Assembly (NCBI GenBank): GCA_020635565.1 | Contig: JACJZN010000010.1 | Coordinates: 16,154 to 80,153, forward strand | From: Flavobacteriales bacterium | GTDB taxonomy: Bacteria; Bacteroidota; Bacteroidia; Flavobacteriales_D; Parvicellaceae | Direction: 5' to 3' | DNA length: 64,000 nucleotides | Part shown: positions 48,237-57,477 of the stretch, piece after piece | Position numbering within the stretch: position 1 is the first letter of the stretch | Layout of the letters: the number at the start of each line of letters is the position of its first letter | Program-made: the position numbers and the translations under genes | Notes under the pieces: model-generated | Told to the model about the DNA's origin: nothing | What the model saw: the letters and a program-made list of their open reading frames with translations, nothing else | The model's database searches: none

Positions 48237-49631
48237 TTAATTTAATTGTCCCAATGCGTAAACAATTTTCAATGCCGCCATATTGGATTTACTCACTTTT
48301 TCTATCCATTTGACTTCTGCCTGCAGCAAAGCTATTTCTCGGTAATTCAACATCATCAACGAACTTTCACCCGATTCAAAAAGTTTACGTTCTGCTTGAA
48401 CCAAATTTCGGTAATTCATTACAATTTCAGAAAGAAGTTTCGCTTGATCGAGTTCATTTTTAGAATTATTAACAGTTGAAATGAACTTTGCTTTTAATTC
48501 CTCCTTGTTTAATTTAAGCTCAGTTTCATTTATCAGCATCTCGGCTTTCTTTGCCTGCAACTGTCCTCTTGCATTTCTCAGAAAAATTGGAATTTCCAAG
48601 TCCAATCCAAATTTGTAATCACTCGGATTAAACCCCACTAAATCTCCACCTACTGGTTCATTCAGGAGATTATAATTCAAATTTAATTTCGGCTTTAAAC
48701 TCTCCTTTGCCATTCTAAGTTCAATGTCGCTAATCACCAATTTAGATTGCTGAATATTCAATTTTGGATGCGACCAAATCAATGTATCATTGGCCATTTC
48801 AAAAATATCTAGATCAATCTCTGTTGCAGAAATATCTTCAGGATTGGTCTCATCACCCAACTCCAGAGGAACCAATCCATCTGCCCATAAATGCACATTC
48901 ACATAAGATCTAGCGTTTTTCTCAGCCGTTTCATATTCCATTAAAAGCGATTGGTAGTTTTGATATTGTATTGCTGCTTCTAATGTATCTACATAAGGAA
49001 CATCACCAATTTTTGCACTAGTCAAGATATTATCCAGTCTTTCCCTGGATTTTTTCAATAAGTCTTCAATCGCCATTTTCTGATGATATGTCTCAAACCA
49101 ATTCCAGTAATCAGCAGATGCTTGATATATGATCTCGTTGATCATCAATTTACGTTCATCTCCAGCCATTGACAAATAGGTCTTAGCTTTATCCAGATTC
49201 GTGCGCCTCTTATCGTAAAACAACCCCTGACCAATTGGAATAGAAACCCCGGCATAGACAAGCCCATTTGTTGGCATTTTGTCCATTGCACTTATGTAAT
49301 CTCCGATACTCTGTGTATATCCTAACTTCAAATCAACTCCAACCCATGTCGGAACGACTAAACCGGCATCTATCAATTGGAAGTATTTTTTATCATCGTA
49401 CTCCTTTTGTTCCATACCTCCTTTAATAACTGGGTCAAAAACACCTCTTGCTTCAAGCAGATTTCCTTCCGCCAAATGAACCGTTTCATTTGCCTGTATC
49501 ATTACCGGATGATGATCTCGTACTATTGCAATATAATTATCGTAAGTCAGAGACTTAACAACAACTTGCGCAGATCCTGACAAGCTCAATAGAAAATATA
49601 CCAGAAACCAGATCGATCTAAAACTCATCAT
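48237..49631 (-). CDS. TolC family outer-membrane efflux protein
   Basis: Signal peptide; HHP...ARGVFDP, PKLNLNY, IPIF and ERKLFESGESS repeats. Confidence 0.92.
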   Translation of the reverse strand: MMSFRSIWFLVYFLLSLSGSAQVVVKSLTYDNYIAIVRDHHPVMIQANETVHLAEGNLLEARGVFDPVIKGGMEQKEYDDKKYFQLIDAGLVVPTWVGVDLKLGYTQSIGDYISAMDKMPTNGLVYAGVSIPIGQGLFYDKRRTNLDKAKTYLSMAGDERKLMINEIIYQASADYWNWFETYHQKMAIEDLLKKSRERLDNILTSAKIGDVPYVDTLEAAIQYQNYQSLLMEYETAEKNARSYVNVHLWADGLVPLELGDETNPEDISATEIDLDIFEMANDTLIWSHPKLNIQQSKLVISDIELRMAKESLKPKLNLNYNLLNEPVGGDLVGFNPSDYKFGLDLEIPIFLRNARGQLQAKKAEMLINETELKLNKEELKAKFISTVNNSKNELDQAKLLSEIVMNYRNLVQAERKLFESGESSLMMLNYREIALLQAEVKWIEKVSKSNMAALKIVYALGQLN

Positions 49632-50989
49632 TTCTCACTTGATTTAGTGTCCATATCCTCTTTGCTTGATTGATAAAATTCTGGCGGAAAACCATTGATA
49701 TTTCGCCATAGTTCATACCAAACCGGCACGTCCTTCAACATGATAAAACTTTTAGTACCACTTCCGTAACGAAGTTGAGTAGGCCACGGGTGATCCTTCT
49801 CTTCCTGCCTCACCAAAATTCGATACTTTCCATTCTCTCCTATAAATCGATCTATTGCATAGACTTCTCCTCCATAGGTTCCATAACTAGAATTCGGCCA
49901 TCCCGAAAACACAATTGCCGGCCATCCATCGAATTGAATTCTAACGTGTTGACCTAGGCTAACCAATGGAAGATCAATTGGATCAACATATATCTCTACC
50001 GCATAATCATATTCATCTGGCATAATTGTTACAACGGGCTCACCTTCCTTCACCACCTCTCCTACTCCCTTCACCAAGGTCTGAGAAATATAACCATCCT
50101 GTGGCGCGATCAAATAATACATATCGTTTCGAATGGAGTAATTATTCAATTGATTTTCCAGTTTCTGAAATTCTATTTGTGCGTCAAGTAAACTGGAGTT
50201 TGCCGTTGAAAGATCCGACATTGTTTTTGCAATATTGGTTTGATATTTTGTTTGAACAGTACTCAACTCTACTTTTGTACTGATCAATTCAGATTTACTG
50301 GCCAACAATTTATTTACGGCTTCTAACTCATAAGCTTTTGCATTCTGCAGCTTCATATCTCGGTTTTCTTTATCCGTTTGAGATTTTAACCCTTCTTTAT
50401 GAAGATCATCGAATCGAATGAATTGATCCTCTACGGTTTTTAAATTCATCTGAGCAGCGATAGCCGAAATACTATCACTTTGCACTTTTAGTTCGGCTTG
50501 TTGAATTTTAATTTTTGCTTGTTCTATTTTTAGTTGAGCTTCCTTTTGTAGAGCTTCAAGTTGATCCTTTAGCGCCTCCACCTTCAATTGATAATTGTCA
50601 ATAGCATCTTGCTTCAGCGATTTTTGTAGGGATGTATTACCCACAAGATTAGGATCCAGGTATTCGCTTTTAACCTCCTTCAAGTGAAGGATCGTATCTC
50701 CTTTCTTTACAAGATCACCTTCTTTAACAAACCATTTATCTACTGTTCCTGAAATCGAAGTATTCAATGTCTGAGGACTTTGCTCAGGAGAAAGTGTAAT
50801 AACCTTTCCATAAGTTTGAATATTCTGAGTCCATGGAACAAACATCATTATAAGTGTGACAATTAAAGTAATTATCGCAATACGTTTGAAAACCGCGCCC
50901 GATACCTTATTCTCGACATATTTCAACGAACTAAAGTTTTTCTCGGTTAGCTCAGGATGAACACTATTATTTTTGGAAATATTCAACAT
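49628..50989 (-). CDS. HlyD family membrane fusion protein
   Basis: Likely start MLNISKNN. TM segment, PWTQ, VKEGDLVKKGD, coiled coil, IAPQDG and FDGWPA. Confidence 0.93.
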   Translation of the reverse strand: MLNISKNNSVHPELTEKNFSSLKYVENKVSGAVFKRIAIITLIVTLIMMFVPWTQNIQTYGKVITLSPEQSPQTLNTSISGTVDKWFVKEGDLVKKGDTILHLKEVKSEYLDPNLVGNTSLQKSLKQDAIDNYQLKVEALKDQLEALQKEAQLKIEQAKIKIQQAELKVQSDSISAIAAQMNLKTVEDQFIRFDDLHKEGLKSQTDKENRDMKLQNAKAYELEAVNKLLASKSELISTKVELSTVQTKYQTNIAKTMSDLSTANSSLLDAQIEFQKLENQLNNYSIRNDMYYLIAPQDGYISQTLVKGVGEVVKEGEPVVTIMPDEYDYAVEIYVDPIDLPLVSLGQHVRIQFDGWPAIVFSGWPNSSYGTYGGEVYAIDRFIGENGKYRILVRQEEKDHPWPTQLRYGSGTKSFIMLKDVPVWYELWRNINGFPPEFYQSSKEDMDTKSSEK

Positions 50990-50993
50990 AGCT

Positions 50994-52706
50994 TTAATTT
51001 TTAAGATGTTTAACAATTTCCAGAGGCTTTCCAATCTTAGAGATACTTCCCTGCTGAATCACTACCACTTTAGAAACATAATTCATTAGTTCCTCATTAT
51101 TTGAGGCAACAATAACTGTTGTTTCCTTCTTTTCCTGAAAGATCAATTCAAGAATAGCTCTTCTGCAGTTCTGATCCAATTTTAGAAACTGATCTTGTAA
51201 TACGATCAATTTAGGATTACCAACAATTGCCCTGGCCAGAATGATCTTTTGTACAAACTCCTTACTATAAGCCATCGAATCAGGATTTATAACGGTATCA
51301 AATCCTCTAGACAGATATTTCACCTCTTTGCTCAATGAAATTCGCTCTGCAAGATGAAGTACCTCATCGATACTTACCTGAGGTCTGTTCATGGTTATAT
51401 TTTCTAATATGGTTCCATGAAACAACATGTCCTTTCTAAGTGTATCTCCCGTTTTGCTTCGGAGCATAGAAAGATCCAGATTCGAACCGAGAAGTCCGTT
51501 ATACAACAAAACACCATTTGAGGGTTCATATAAGGCAGCACTTAAGTAAAGTAAAGCCCGTGCCGATTGATCATTATCAGAATAAATTAGTACTTTTTCG
51601 CCTTTATTAATCTCAAGTGAAATATCAGTCAGGATCGGTTTAGCCTCTCCTGGATAATTGAAACAAACTTTCTCAAATTCAATACCTACTCCCTTTTCGA
51701 TTTGATCAATTGATAGAAGTTGCCCCTCATTTGTTTCCAACTCGATATCTGTTACTTGTCCTAGCTTCTCAAGTGATGTCAACACATCGTATATTACCTC
51801 AATTGTAAAGATCAGTTTTTCTACCGCTCCCATGATCATTAATACAATAATCTCAGCAGCAACAAACTGACCAATATTCATTTGTCTTTCAACAACGAGA
51901 ATTCCTCCGATCACAAGAAGTCCAAGCGCTACCAAGACTTTGAAAACGACCATTAAAGAGTACTGTGTCAATAAAACCTTGAAGTGCTTTTCTCGCTCCT
52001 TAATATATCCATCCACATAATGATTGGTCTTATCAAGAGGCAACTCACTGTTACCTGCAAGTTTAAATGTGACATTCGCTCTTGCAACTTCCTGTAGCCA
52101 GTAAGCTACTTTATATTTGTATTCAGACTCTTTTAGGCTAGTTTTCAATCCTCTCGTCCCTGTCCACTTGAATACGACCACTAAAAATATTACCAATAAA
52201 AGACTAAACAACACAAAGAATGGATGATAGAGAGATAAAAGTATCAGACTGATCAAGATCTGAACAGAGGCAGTAGAAAAATCAATCAGTATCTTGGACA
52301 ACCCCTTCTGAACTGACAGAATATCAAAGAATCTGTTCATCAACTCAGGAGCATATTCCTTATAGATCTTCTCCAATTTAAGTCTTGGAATACGGTAAGT
52401 AAAATCAAATGCCGCTCGAGCAAATATTTTCTGCTGAAGATTCTCCGTAATCTTGAGCTGATAAATCTGAAGTAGTCCATGAACTGCAACTCCAGCAATG
52501 ACAATAGTAACTAACACAACCCAGGAGGTATTGATCGATCCCACCTGAATTAGGTTAATAATTGCTTGAATTCCCAATGGCAAGGTTAGATAAACCAATC
52601 CACTGAATATCGCATAAATGTATACGTTTACAATTTCTTTTCGGTCAGGTTTGAGTAGTTTCCAAAACCTTTCCATGGGGCGTTTCCCCACAAAATCTTT
52701 AGGCAT
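50994..52706 (-). CDS. Type I secretion-like ABC transporter with a degenerate nucleotide-binding domain
   Basis: ABC TM domain (PELMNRFFD, IGQFVAAE) and LFHGTILENI...QKIILARA. The Walker A position reads YSDNDQSA and Walker B reads LIVLQD. Confidence 0.88.
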   Translation of the reverse strand: MPKDFVGKRPMERFWKLLKPDRKEIVNVYIYAIFSGLVYLTLPLGIQAIINLIQVGSINTSWVVLVTIVIAGVAVHGLLQIYQLKITENLQQKIFARAAFDFTYRIPRLKLEKIYKEYAPELMNRFFDILSVQKGLSKILIDFSTASVQILISLILLSLYHPFFVLFSLLLVIFLVVVFKWTGTRGLKTSLKESEYKYKVAYWLQEVARANVTFKLAGNSELPLDKTNHYVDGYIKEREKHFKVLLTQYSLMVVFKVLVALGLLVIGGILVVERQMNIGQFVAAEIIVLMIMGAVEKLIFTIEVIYDVLTSLEKLGQVTDIELETNEGQLLSIDQIEKGVGIEFEKVCFNYPGEAKPILTDISLEINKGEKVLIYSDNDQSARALLYLSAALYEPSNGVLLYNGLLGSNLDLSMLRSKTGDTLRKDMLFHGTILENITMNRPQVSIDEVLHLAERISLSKEVKYLSRGFDTVINPDSMAYSKEFVQKIILARAIVGNPKLIVLQDQFLKLDQNCRRAILELIFQEKKETTVIVASNNEELMNYVSKVVVIQQGSISKIGKPLEIVKHLKN

Positions 52707-52714
52707 AATAGTTT

Positions 52715-52764
52715 TCTAAAAGTTGATAATCAAAGGATATAAATCTCTTAATCAACTTCTTAGA
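52715..52764 (-). promoter_or_regulatory. Hairpin spanning the leader stop codon and the ABC initiation region
   Basis: Inverted repeat TCTAAAAGTTGAT (52715-52727) / ATCAACTTCTTAGA (52751-52764): 13 bp with one bulge. Confidence 0.65.
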
Positions 52765-53060
52765 GGAGGCAACTCAGGAACCTCAAGCATGGGAGAAACC
52801 CACTTTTTCTCGGATTTATTGAACTGATGTTCTACAAAATAGTAATCGGATAAAATTTGGATACTGGTGAAAGAGTGCTCTAGAATAAGATCATCAACAT
52901 CTTCTTCCATCTCCAACTCAATATCTACTACATCTGTTTTCACCATATCAGCCACTTGATTAGTCAAGTTTAATGCCTCCACAGAGAAGCTAAGAAACAA
53001 CAAACTAAAAAGTGTGATCTTCAGATAAAATACGATATTTGAATGCAAAGGTGTAAACAT
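52752..53060 (-). CDS. Exported acidic hypothetical protein ending PELPPLRS (candidate leader peptide)
   Basis: Hydrophobic N-terminus, acidic linker, Pro-Pro three residues before the stop; promoter element TATTTTTG at 53068-53075 (-). Confidence 0.65.
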   Translation of the reverse strand: MFTPLHSNIVFYLKITLFSLLFLSFSVEALNLTNQVADMVKTDVVDIELEMEEDVDDLILEHSFTSIQILSDYYFVEHQFNKSEKKWVSPMLEVPELPPLRS

Positions 53061-53127
53061 TCAAATGCAAAAATATTTAGCAATTTTCAATTTAAACAAT
53101 TAAACGATAAAAAAGTTTACAAAAAAA

Positions 53128-54177
53128 TCACCAAGGATTCTGAAAATCAGGATTATCAATAAAATCTGGATCAGAAAAAGTTAGCAAAAACGCCTTTAAT
53201 TCAGTCCTTTCTTGAGGATTCAACTGAACACCGCCCTGAGCGGAAAACTCCATCAATGGACTAATATTTGGAGATGTGTGCTGCAATCCAACAGAGTAAT
53301 GATTGATCACATCATCTAAAGTAGCAAATCTACCATCATGCATGTATGGAGCTGAATACTCCAAATTTCTTAACGAAGGCACTTTAAATGTATAATAATC
53401 TGATGTAACACCAGTAACTAAGCCCCTTCCTGTATCCTGAGGAACAGCATCGAGACCATTATTCTTAAAACTAAAATCTGTAGTTAACGATCCACCATGA
53501 CAATGAAAACAATCTCCCCCTGTAAGCGCATTAAAAGAATCAAAACCAGCCTGTTCCTGAATTGTAAATGCTTCTTCACCCTGTATGATTCTGTCGTACT
53601 TAGAATTACAAGAAACCATTGTCCTTAGAAATTGAGCCATTGCTTTGGCTGCGTGCGTGGAATCAAAAGATACTACCCCAAACGCCTCAAAAAACAACGT
53701 CTTATATTTTTCATCATCGCGAATTTCTGTCATAAAATGACTCCAAGACTCATGCATTTCTATGGGATTTTCCACTGGCTGAAGCACCTGTTCTTCCAAG
53801 GTTATAGCCCTGCCATCCCAGAAAAAATTAGGTGCCCACCCTAGATTCATAAGCGGCATTGCATTTCGATTGCCATAAATTCCATCAATACCAACACTTG
53901 TTGCCTGATCTTCACCAAAATTATGTTGAGGTAAGTGGCAAGTTGCACAGGACATAGTATTATCTCCACTTAATCTGGTGTCCCAAAATAAATGGCGACC
54001 TAAGTAAACCCCTTGAACTGTTAATGGGTTATCTTCAGGAATAACCATTTCAGGAAAATGACTCGGAAGTTCCAATTCATATGGAATAGGTGCATAAACC
54101 GGCTGAGGAAGATCTTCAATCTTCCTGCAGCCGATAATTGCAAAACTCAAAATCCCTATGTATGCTAAAATCCTCAA
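53128..54177 (-). CDS. Diheme cytochrome c peroxidase family lipoprotein (MbnH-like)
   Basis: CATCH and CFHCH; FFWDGR; FKVPSLRN; PYMHDG. TTG start. Confidence 0.92.
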   Translation of the reverse strand: MRILAYIGILSFAIIGCRKIEDLPQPVYAPIPYELELPSHFPEMVIPEDNPLTVQGVYLGRHLFWDTRLSGDNTMSCATCHLPQHNFGEDQATSVGIDGIYGNRNAMPLMNLGWAPNFFWDGRAITLEEQVLQPVENPIEMHESWSHFMTEIRDDEKYKTLFFEAFGVVSFDSTHAAKAMAQFLRTMVSCNSKYDRIIQGEEAFTIQEQAGFDSFNALTGGDCFHCHGGSLTTDFSFKNNGLDAVPQDTGRGLVTGVTSDYYTFKVPSLRNLEYSAPYMHDGRFATLDDVINHYSVGLQHTSPNISPLMEFSAQGGVQLNPQERTELKAFLLTFSDPDFIDNPDFQNPW

Positions 54178-55176
54178 CTAGTTATTTTTGATAAAACTTT
54201 CGTCATTCAAAGTTAACAGAAATGCTTTAAGAGCCTCTTTCTCATGATCCGTTAGATCCAAAGGAAATATTCTGAAATCCTGATTCCAATGGCCTTTTCC
54301 TCCCTCATCGTACAGATCAATTACTTCTTCTAGTGTACTCAAGCTACCATCATGCATGTATGGTGCTGTATAACTCAAGTTTCTAAGCGAAGGAACCATA
54401 AACATTCCCATATCGGCAGAATCGGCAGTTAATTTCATTCGTCCAAGATCTTCATACTCCGAATACAAACCGATATTCTGATAGGTATAATCAGTAAAGT
54501 CAAAACCATCGTGACATTTAAAACAACCTGCCTTACCATCATACAAATCAAACCCTTCTTTCTCTAGTTCAGACAATACCGTCTTATCACCTAAGACATA
54601 TTGATCGTATCTGGAATTTCCAGAGATCAAAGTTCTCAAATAAGAAGCAAGACTCTTACTCAGCACATTCGGATTAAATTCGGTTCCAAATATCTCTTTT
54701 GCCAAGGCATGATATTCTTCATCCTGATCCAACAACAAACAAACCTCAGCAATATTGGCATTCATTTCAAGTTCGTTCTCAATAGGAGCAACCACTTGCA
54801 TTTCTAATGTTAGTGCTCCACCATCTCTGAAAAAGGCAGGATGATATCCAACATTGAATATAGGAGTTGAATTACGCTCCCCCAACTGGTTACCTACTCC
54901 TATGCTGAACTGAACGGTATCACTAAATGCATGCTTAGGATCATGACACGAAATACACGCCAAAGTTCCATCCCCAGACAACTTCTTCTCCTCAAATAAT
55001 TTCTTCCCGAATGCAATTTTTTCTGGTGTTAATGGATTATCCAAAGGAATATCCATTTTAGGAAAATGCGCGGGAAGCTCTAACACATATCCTACATTAT
55101 CTATTCCAGCATTTTGCGAACAGGAAATAAAAAAGAAGAATCCAATGCCTATCCATATGACATTAAATGTTCTCAT
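54178..55176 (-). CDS. Second diheme cytochrome c peroxidase family lipoprotein (MbnH-like)
   Basis: Likely start MRTF. CISCH and CFKCH; VPSLRN; PYMHDG. Confidence 0.92.
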   Translation of the reverse strand: MRTFNVIWIGIGFFFFISCSQNAGIDNVGYVLELPAHFPKMDIPLDNPLTPEKIAFGKKLFEEKKLSGDGTLACISCHDPKHAFSDTVQFSIGVGNQLGERNSTPIFNVGYHPAFFRDGGALTLEMQVVAPIENELEMNANIAEVCLLLDQDEEYHALAKEIFGTEFNPNVLSKSLASYLRTLISGNSRYDQYVLGDKTVLSELEKEGFDLYDGKAGCFKCHDGFDFTDYTYQNIGLYSEYEDLGRMKLTADSADMGMFMVPSLRNLSYTAPYMHDGSLSTLEEVIDLYDEGGKGHWNQDFRIFPLDLTDHEKEALKAFLLTLNDESFIKNN

Positions 55177-55180
55177 CTTT

Positions 55181-56002
55181 CTATTGATGTATCGTAATGG
55201 CATTGGGACCATTATTTGCAACTGCCGCAGCTAATGGCATATTATCCATCGTATGAGAAGAATTGTCCGTCTTTAAATTTATCCCAGCAATAAGTTCCGC
55301 CCAATCTATGTCTAATGAAATATTGTGGGTCATTCCTTCAACCGCATTAAATTCTACGATTAAGTCTTGAACATTTCTTGCCATCGAGTTCATGCCTACG
55401 TGCATTACAAAATCCTCTCCTGCATCATAGATTCCATTCCCACTCGTATCTACATGACCTTCAATGGCTATAAAAATATATCCACTATTCCAGTTCCAAT
55501 GCATTGCAGGGGTTTGGTATGCCAATGCATGACCTGATGGATAACCTGCTGGATCATCATTATTTGCTGCAGTGTCCACTCCAATCAACAGACTCATCGT
55601 ATGCACATGGGTATTAGCCGCTAAGGTACCAATCGAATAGGTTGTTTCGTCTGGTGAAATAAGAATATATTCAGCTGGTGCTGCCAGCGTATCTCCTGAA
55701 TCATCAACATAAACTGGATTGGAAATGTACATTTGAGCTCTTGTGAATGTACACATGTTTCCAAAATCATCAGTAAAATCCTGATTGAACGCAAATGTTG
55801 AAGTTCCCAACATGTGATAGAACTTCAAGTTAATGTCAGCATCTTCTGGTTCGGACTCATATTCGCATGAGTTGTCTTCCTTTTTTGCTCTGTCATCATA
55901 ATTGAGCGCATTTGGGTCTGTACAACCTTTTCTACATGATGTACTGAACAATGCCATTGCTGCTCCCAACATTACGATGTATTTTTTGTTTTTATTTTTC
56001 AT
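55181..56002 (-). CDS. MbnP-family copper-binding lipoprotein
   Basis: Lipobox STSC; YISN, IGVD, MHWNWNSGYIF (WxW motif) and HVG. Confidence 0.88.
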   Translation of the reverse strand: MKNKNKKYIVMLGAAMALFSTSCRKGCTDPNALNYDDRAKKEDNSCEYESEPEDADINLKFYHMLGTSTFAFNQDFTDDFGNMCTFTRAQMYISNPVYVDDSGDTLAAPAEYILISPDETTYSIGTLAANTHVHTMSLLIGVDTAANNDDPAGYPSGHALAYQTPAMHWNWNSGYIFIAIEGHVDTSGNGIYDAGEDFVMHVGMNSMARNVQDLIVEFNAVEGMTHNISLDIDWAELIAGINLKTDNSSHTMDNMPLAAAVANNGPNAITIHQ

Positions 56003-56013
56003 TTGTGTAAGTA

Positions 56014-56946
56014 TTAAAAATTATAATATGCCCCTACATTATAACGCCATTTTGTAGGAATTAGTTGCTCGTCTTTAAGTGAATTTGATAATGCGTATTG
56101 ATAATTCACCTGTAATTTAAAATTATTGAAATAATTACTGATCCCAGCATCTATCATCCAGGTGTTACCCCCAGAATTCTCACTCAATTCATTGTTAAAA
56201 TAATCGTGAGAGAAATATTCTGCATAAACTCCTAAACTAGGCATCAGTTGAACTTTTTTTCCAAACTGAAATAGGTAAAATAAACTGGTCGTTAAATTAG
56301 TCGTATTACCGTATTTGAAATCATTTTTATTGAAAGTATTCATCTTATAATTGCCATTAACCAGAACACCAGATTTCTTCACCATCGCTGAGTAGGTTAA
56401 TGAAAGAACCCCATCCCAACTTCCCGTACCTGGCTGAAGATCAATATTCGGAATTCCCTTTGGCCTTTCAATATTAATTCGACCCGTAGGAATTTTAAGC
56501 CCAATTCCAATCGACAACCGGTGCCGGAATGTTATGGTATCAGAATGATCCTTCGTATTGAACACCAGATAGTTTTGCAGAAGCATAATATCTCCCAAAC
56601 CTTGAACAAAATATTCAAGTGACTGATTGATTTCCTGCGTATTCATCACGTAGGGAACGACCATCTCTGTATTCCATTTTGGATTCCAGTAATATTTCCC
56701 AGCTAATTCAAGCCTTTGATATGTCTCTTTTATTGTGCTGTTCGCATAAATCGGTTCTACTCCTCCATGTTTTAGCATCAGTAAACCTGAATTATCATAT
56801 GTGCCTGAATGAAATCTAGATCTCAATCGTATCCCAATGTTATGATAGAAATCATTCGGATTGATACCTACATAGACATTACAGTTATCACAGGCTAGAG
56901 CAGAAATATTGGTCGCAAACAGGACTAAAAACAATATTTTCTTCAT
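56014..56946 (-). CDS. Outer-membrane beta-barrel 'transporter' with an N-terminal CxxC
   Basis: Signal peptide then CDNC; GLGD, GLKIPTG, LQPGTGSWD; C-terminal YYNF. Confidence 0.78.
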   Translation of the reverse strand: MKKILFLVLFATNISALACDNCNVYVGINPNDFYHNIGIRLRSRFHSGTYDNSGLLMLKHGGVEPIYANSTIKETYQRLELAGKYYWNPKWNTEMVVPYVMNTQEINQSLEYFVQGLGDIMLLQNYLVFNTKDHSDTITFRHRLSIGIGLKIPTGRINIERPKGIPNIDLQPGTGSWDGVLSLTYSAMVKKSGVLVNGNYKMNTFNKNDFKYGNTTNLTTSLFYLFQFGKKVQLMPSLGVYAEYFSHDYFNNELSENSGGNTWMIDAGISNYFNNFKLQVNYQYALSNSLKDEQLIPTKWRYNVGAYYNF

Positions 56947-56956
56947 TGAGTTTTTT

Positions 56957-56991
56957 GTTTGTGAATAATTCTATCGAATATTTCATCAAAC
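56957..56991 (-). promoter_or_regulatory. Hairpin spanning the leader stop codon and the transporter initiation region
   Basis: mRNA GUUUGAUGAAAUAUUC-gaua-GAAUUAUUCACAAAC forms an imperfect stem of about 14 bp that ends 10 nt before the AUG. Confidence 0.55.
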
Positions 56992-57384
56992 TTGTGGCGG
57001 ATGCCAGAATGGAATTGAATCTGAACAACAAAGCTCTTCTTTGGTGTTCCAGAATAATACGATCATAGGATTTTCTTCATCACATCTTTGTACTGAATCA
57101 CCTGTAAAGAATCCTATCAGAAAGTTAAACTCAAATTCTGGAAGATTTTCAGAATTTTCTTCACTTGGCTCATCAGCTACAGGTGTTTTAACCTTTTTCA
57201 ATTCCTTATTTAGATGACACTGACCATTACAATGCATCTCAGGTCTATCCTTATTAACACAGTACTTTGCAATGATTTCTTCCTGATTCAGTTTGAAATA
57301 GGCAAAATAACTGACTTGATAAACCATTCCCCCCAAGTAAATGAGAGCAATTCCCAAGAACACTATTTTAATTAGTCTATCCAC
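56986..57384 (-). CDS. Exported Cys/His-motif protein ending WHPPQV (candidate metal-sensing leader peptide)
   Basis: Likely GTG start at 57384, just after the promoter element TATCTTTG (57391-57398, -). TM segment, then LNQEEIIAKYCVNKDRPEMHCNGQCHL, a linker and FWHPP. Confidence 0.8.
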   Translation of the reverse strand: MDRLIKIVFLGIALIYLGGMVYQVSYFAYFKLNQEEIIAKYCVNKDRPEMHCNGQCHLNKELKKVKTPVADEPSEENSENLPEFEFNFLIGFFTGDSVQRCDEENPMIVLFWNTKEELCCSDSIPFWHPPQV

Positions 57385-57420
57385 TTTACACAAAGATATT
57401 AGTATCAACGACATTATATG

Positions 57421-57432
57421 TGATAAAGGTCA
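57421..57432. promoter_or_regulatory. Single Crp/Fnr-type box upstream of the MbnP/H operon
   Basis: TGATAAAGGTCA. On the - strand it starts 41 nt before the end of the -7 element. Confidence 0.55.
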
Positions 57433-57477
57433 CATTTTAGTTTTATTCTGGATAATTCTATCTTTGCATAAACAACA

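Noticed and set aside
53128-56002. Methanobactin biosynthetic cluster
   Set aside because: No precursor peptide or MbnB/MbnC homolog is visible in the window; only MbnP/H-like genes are present.
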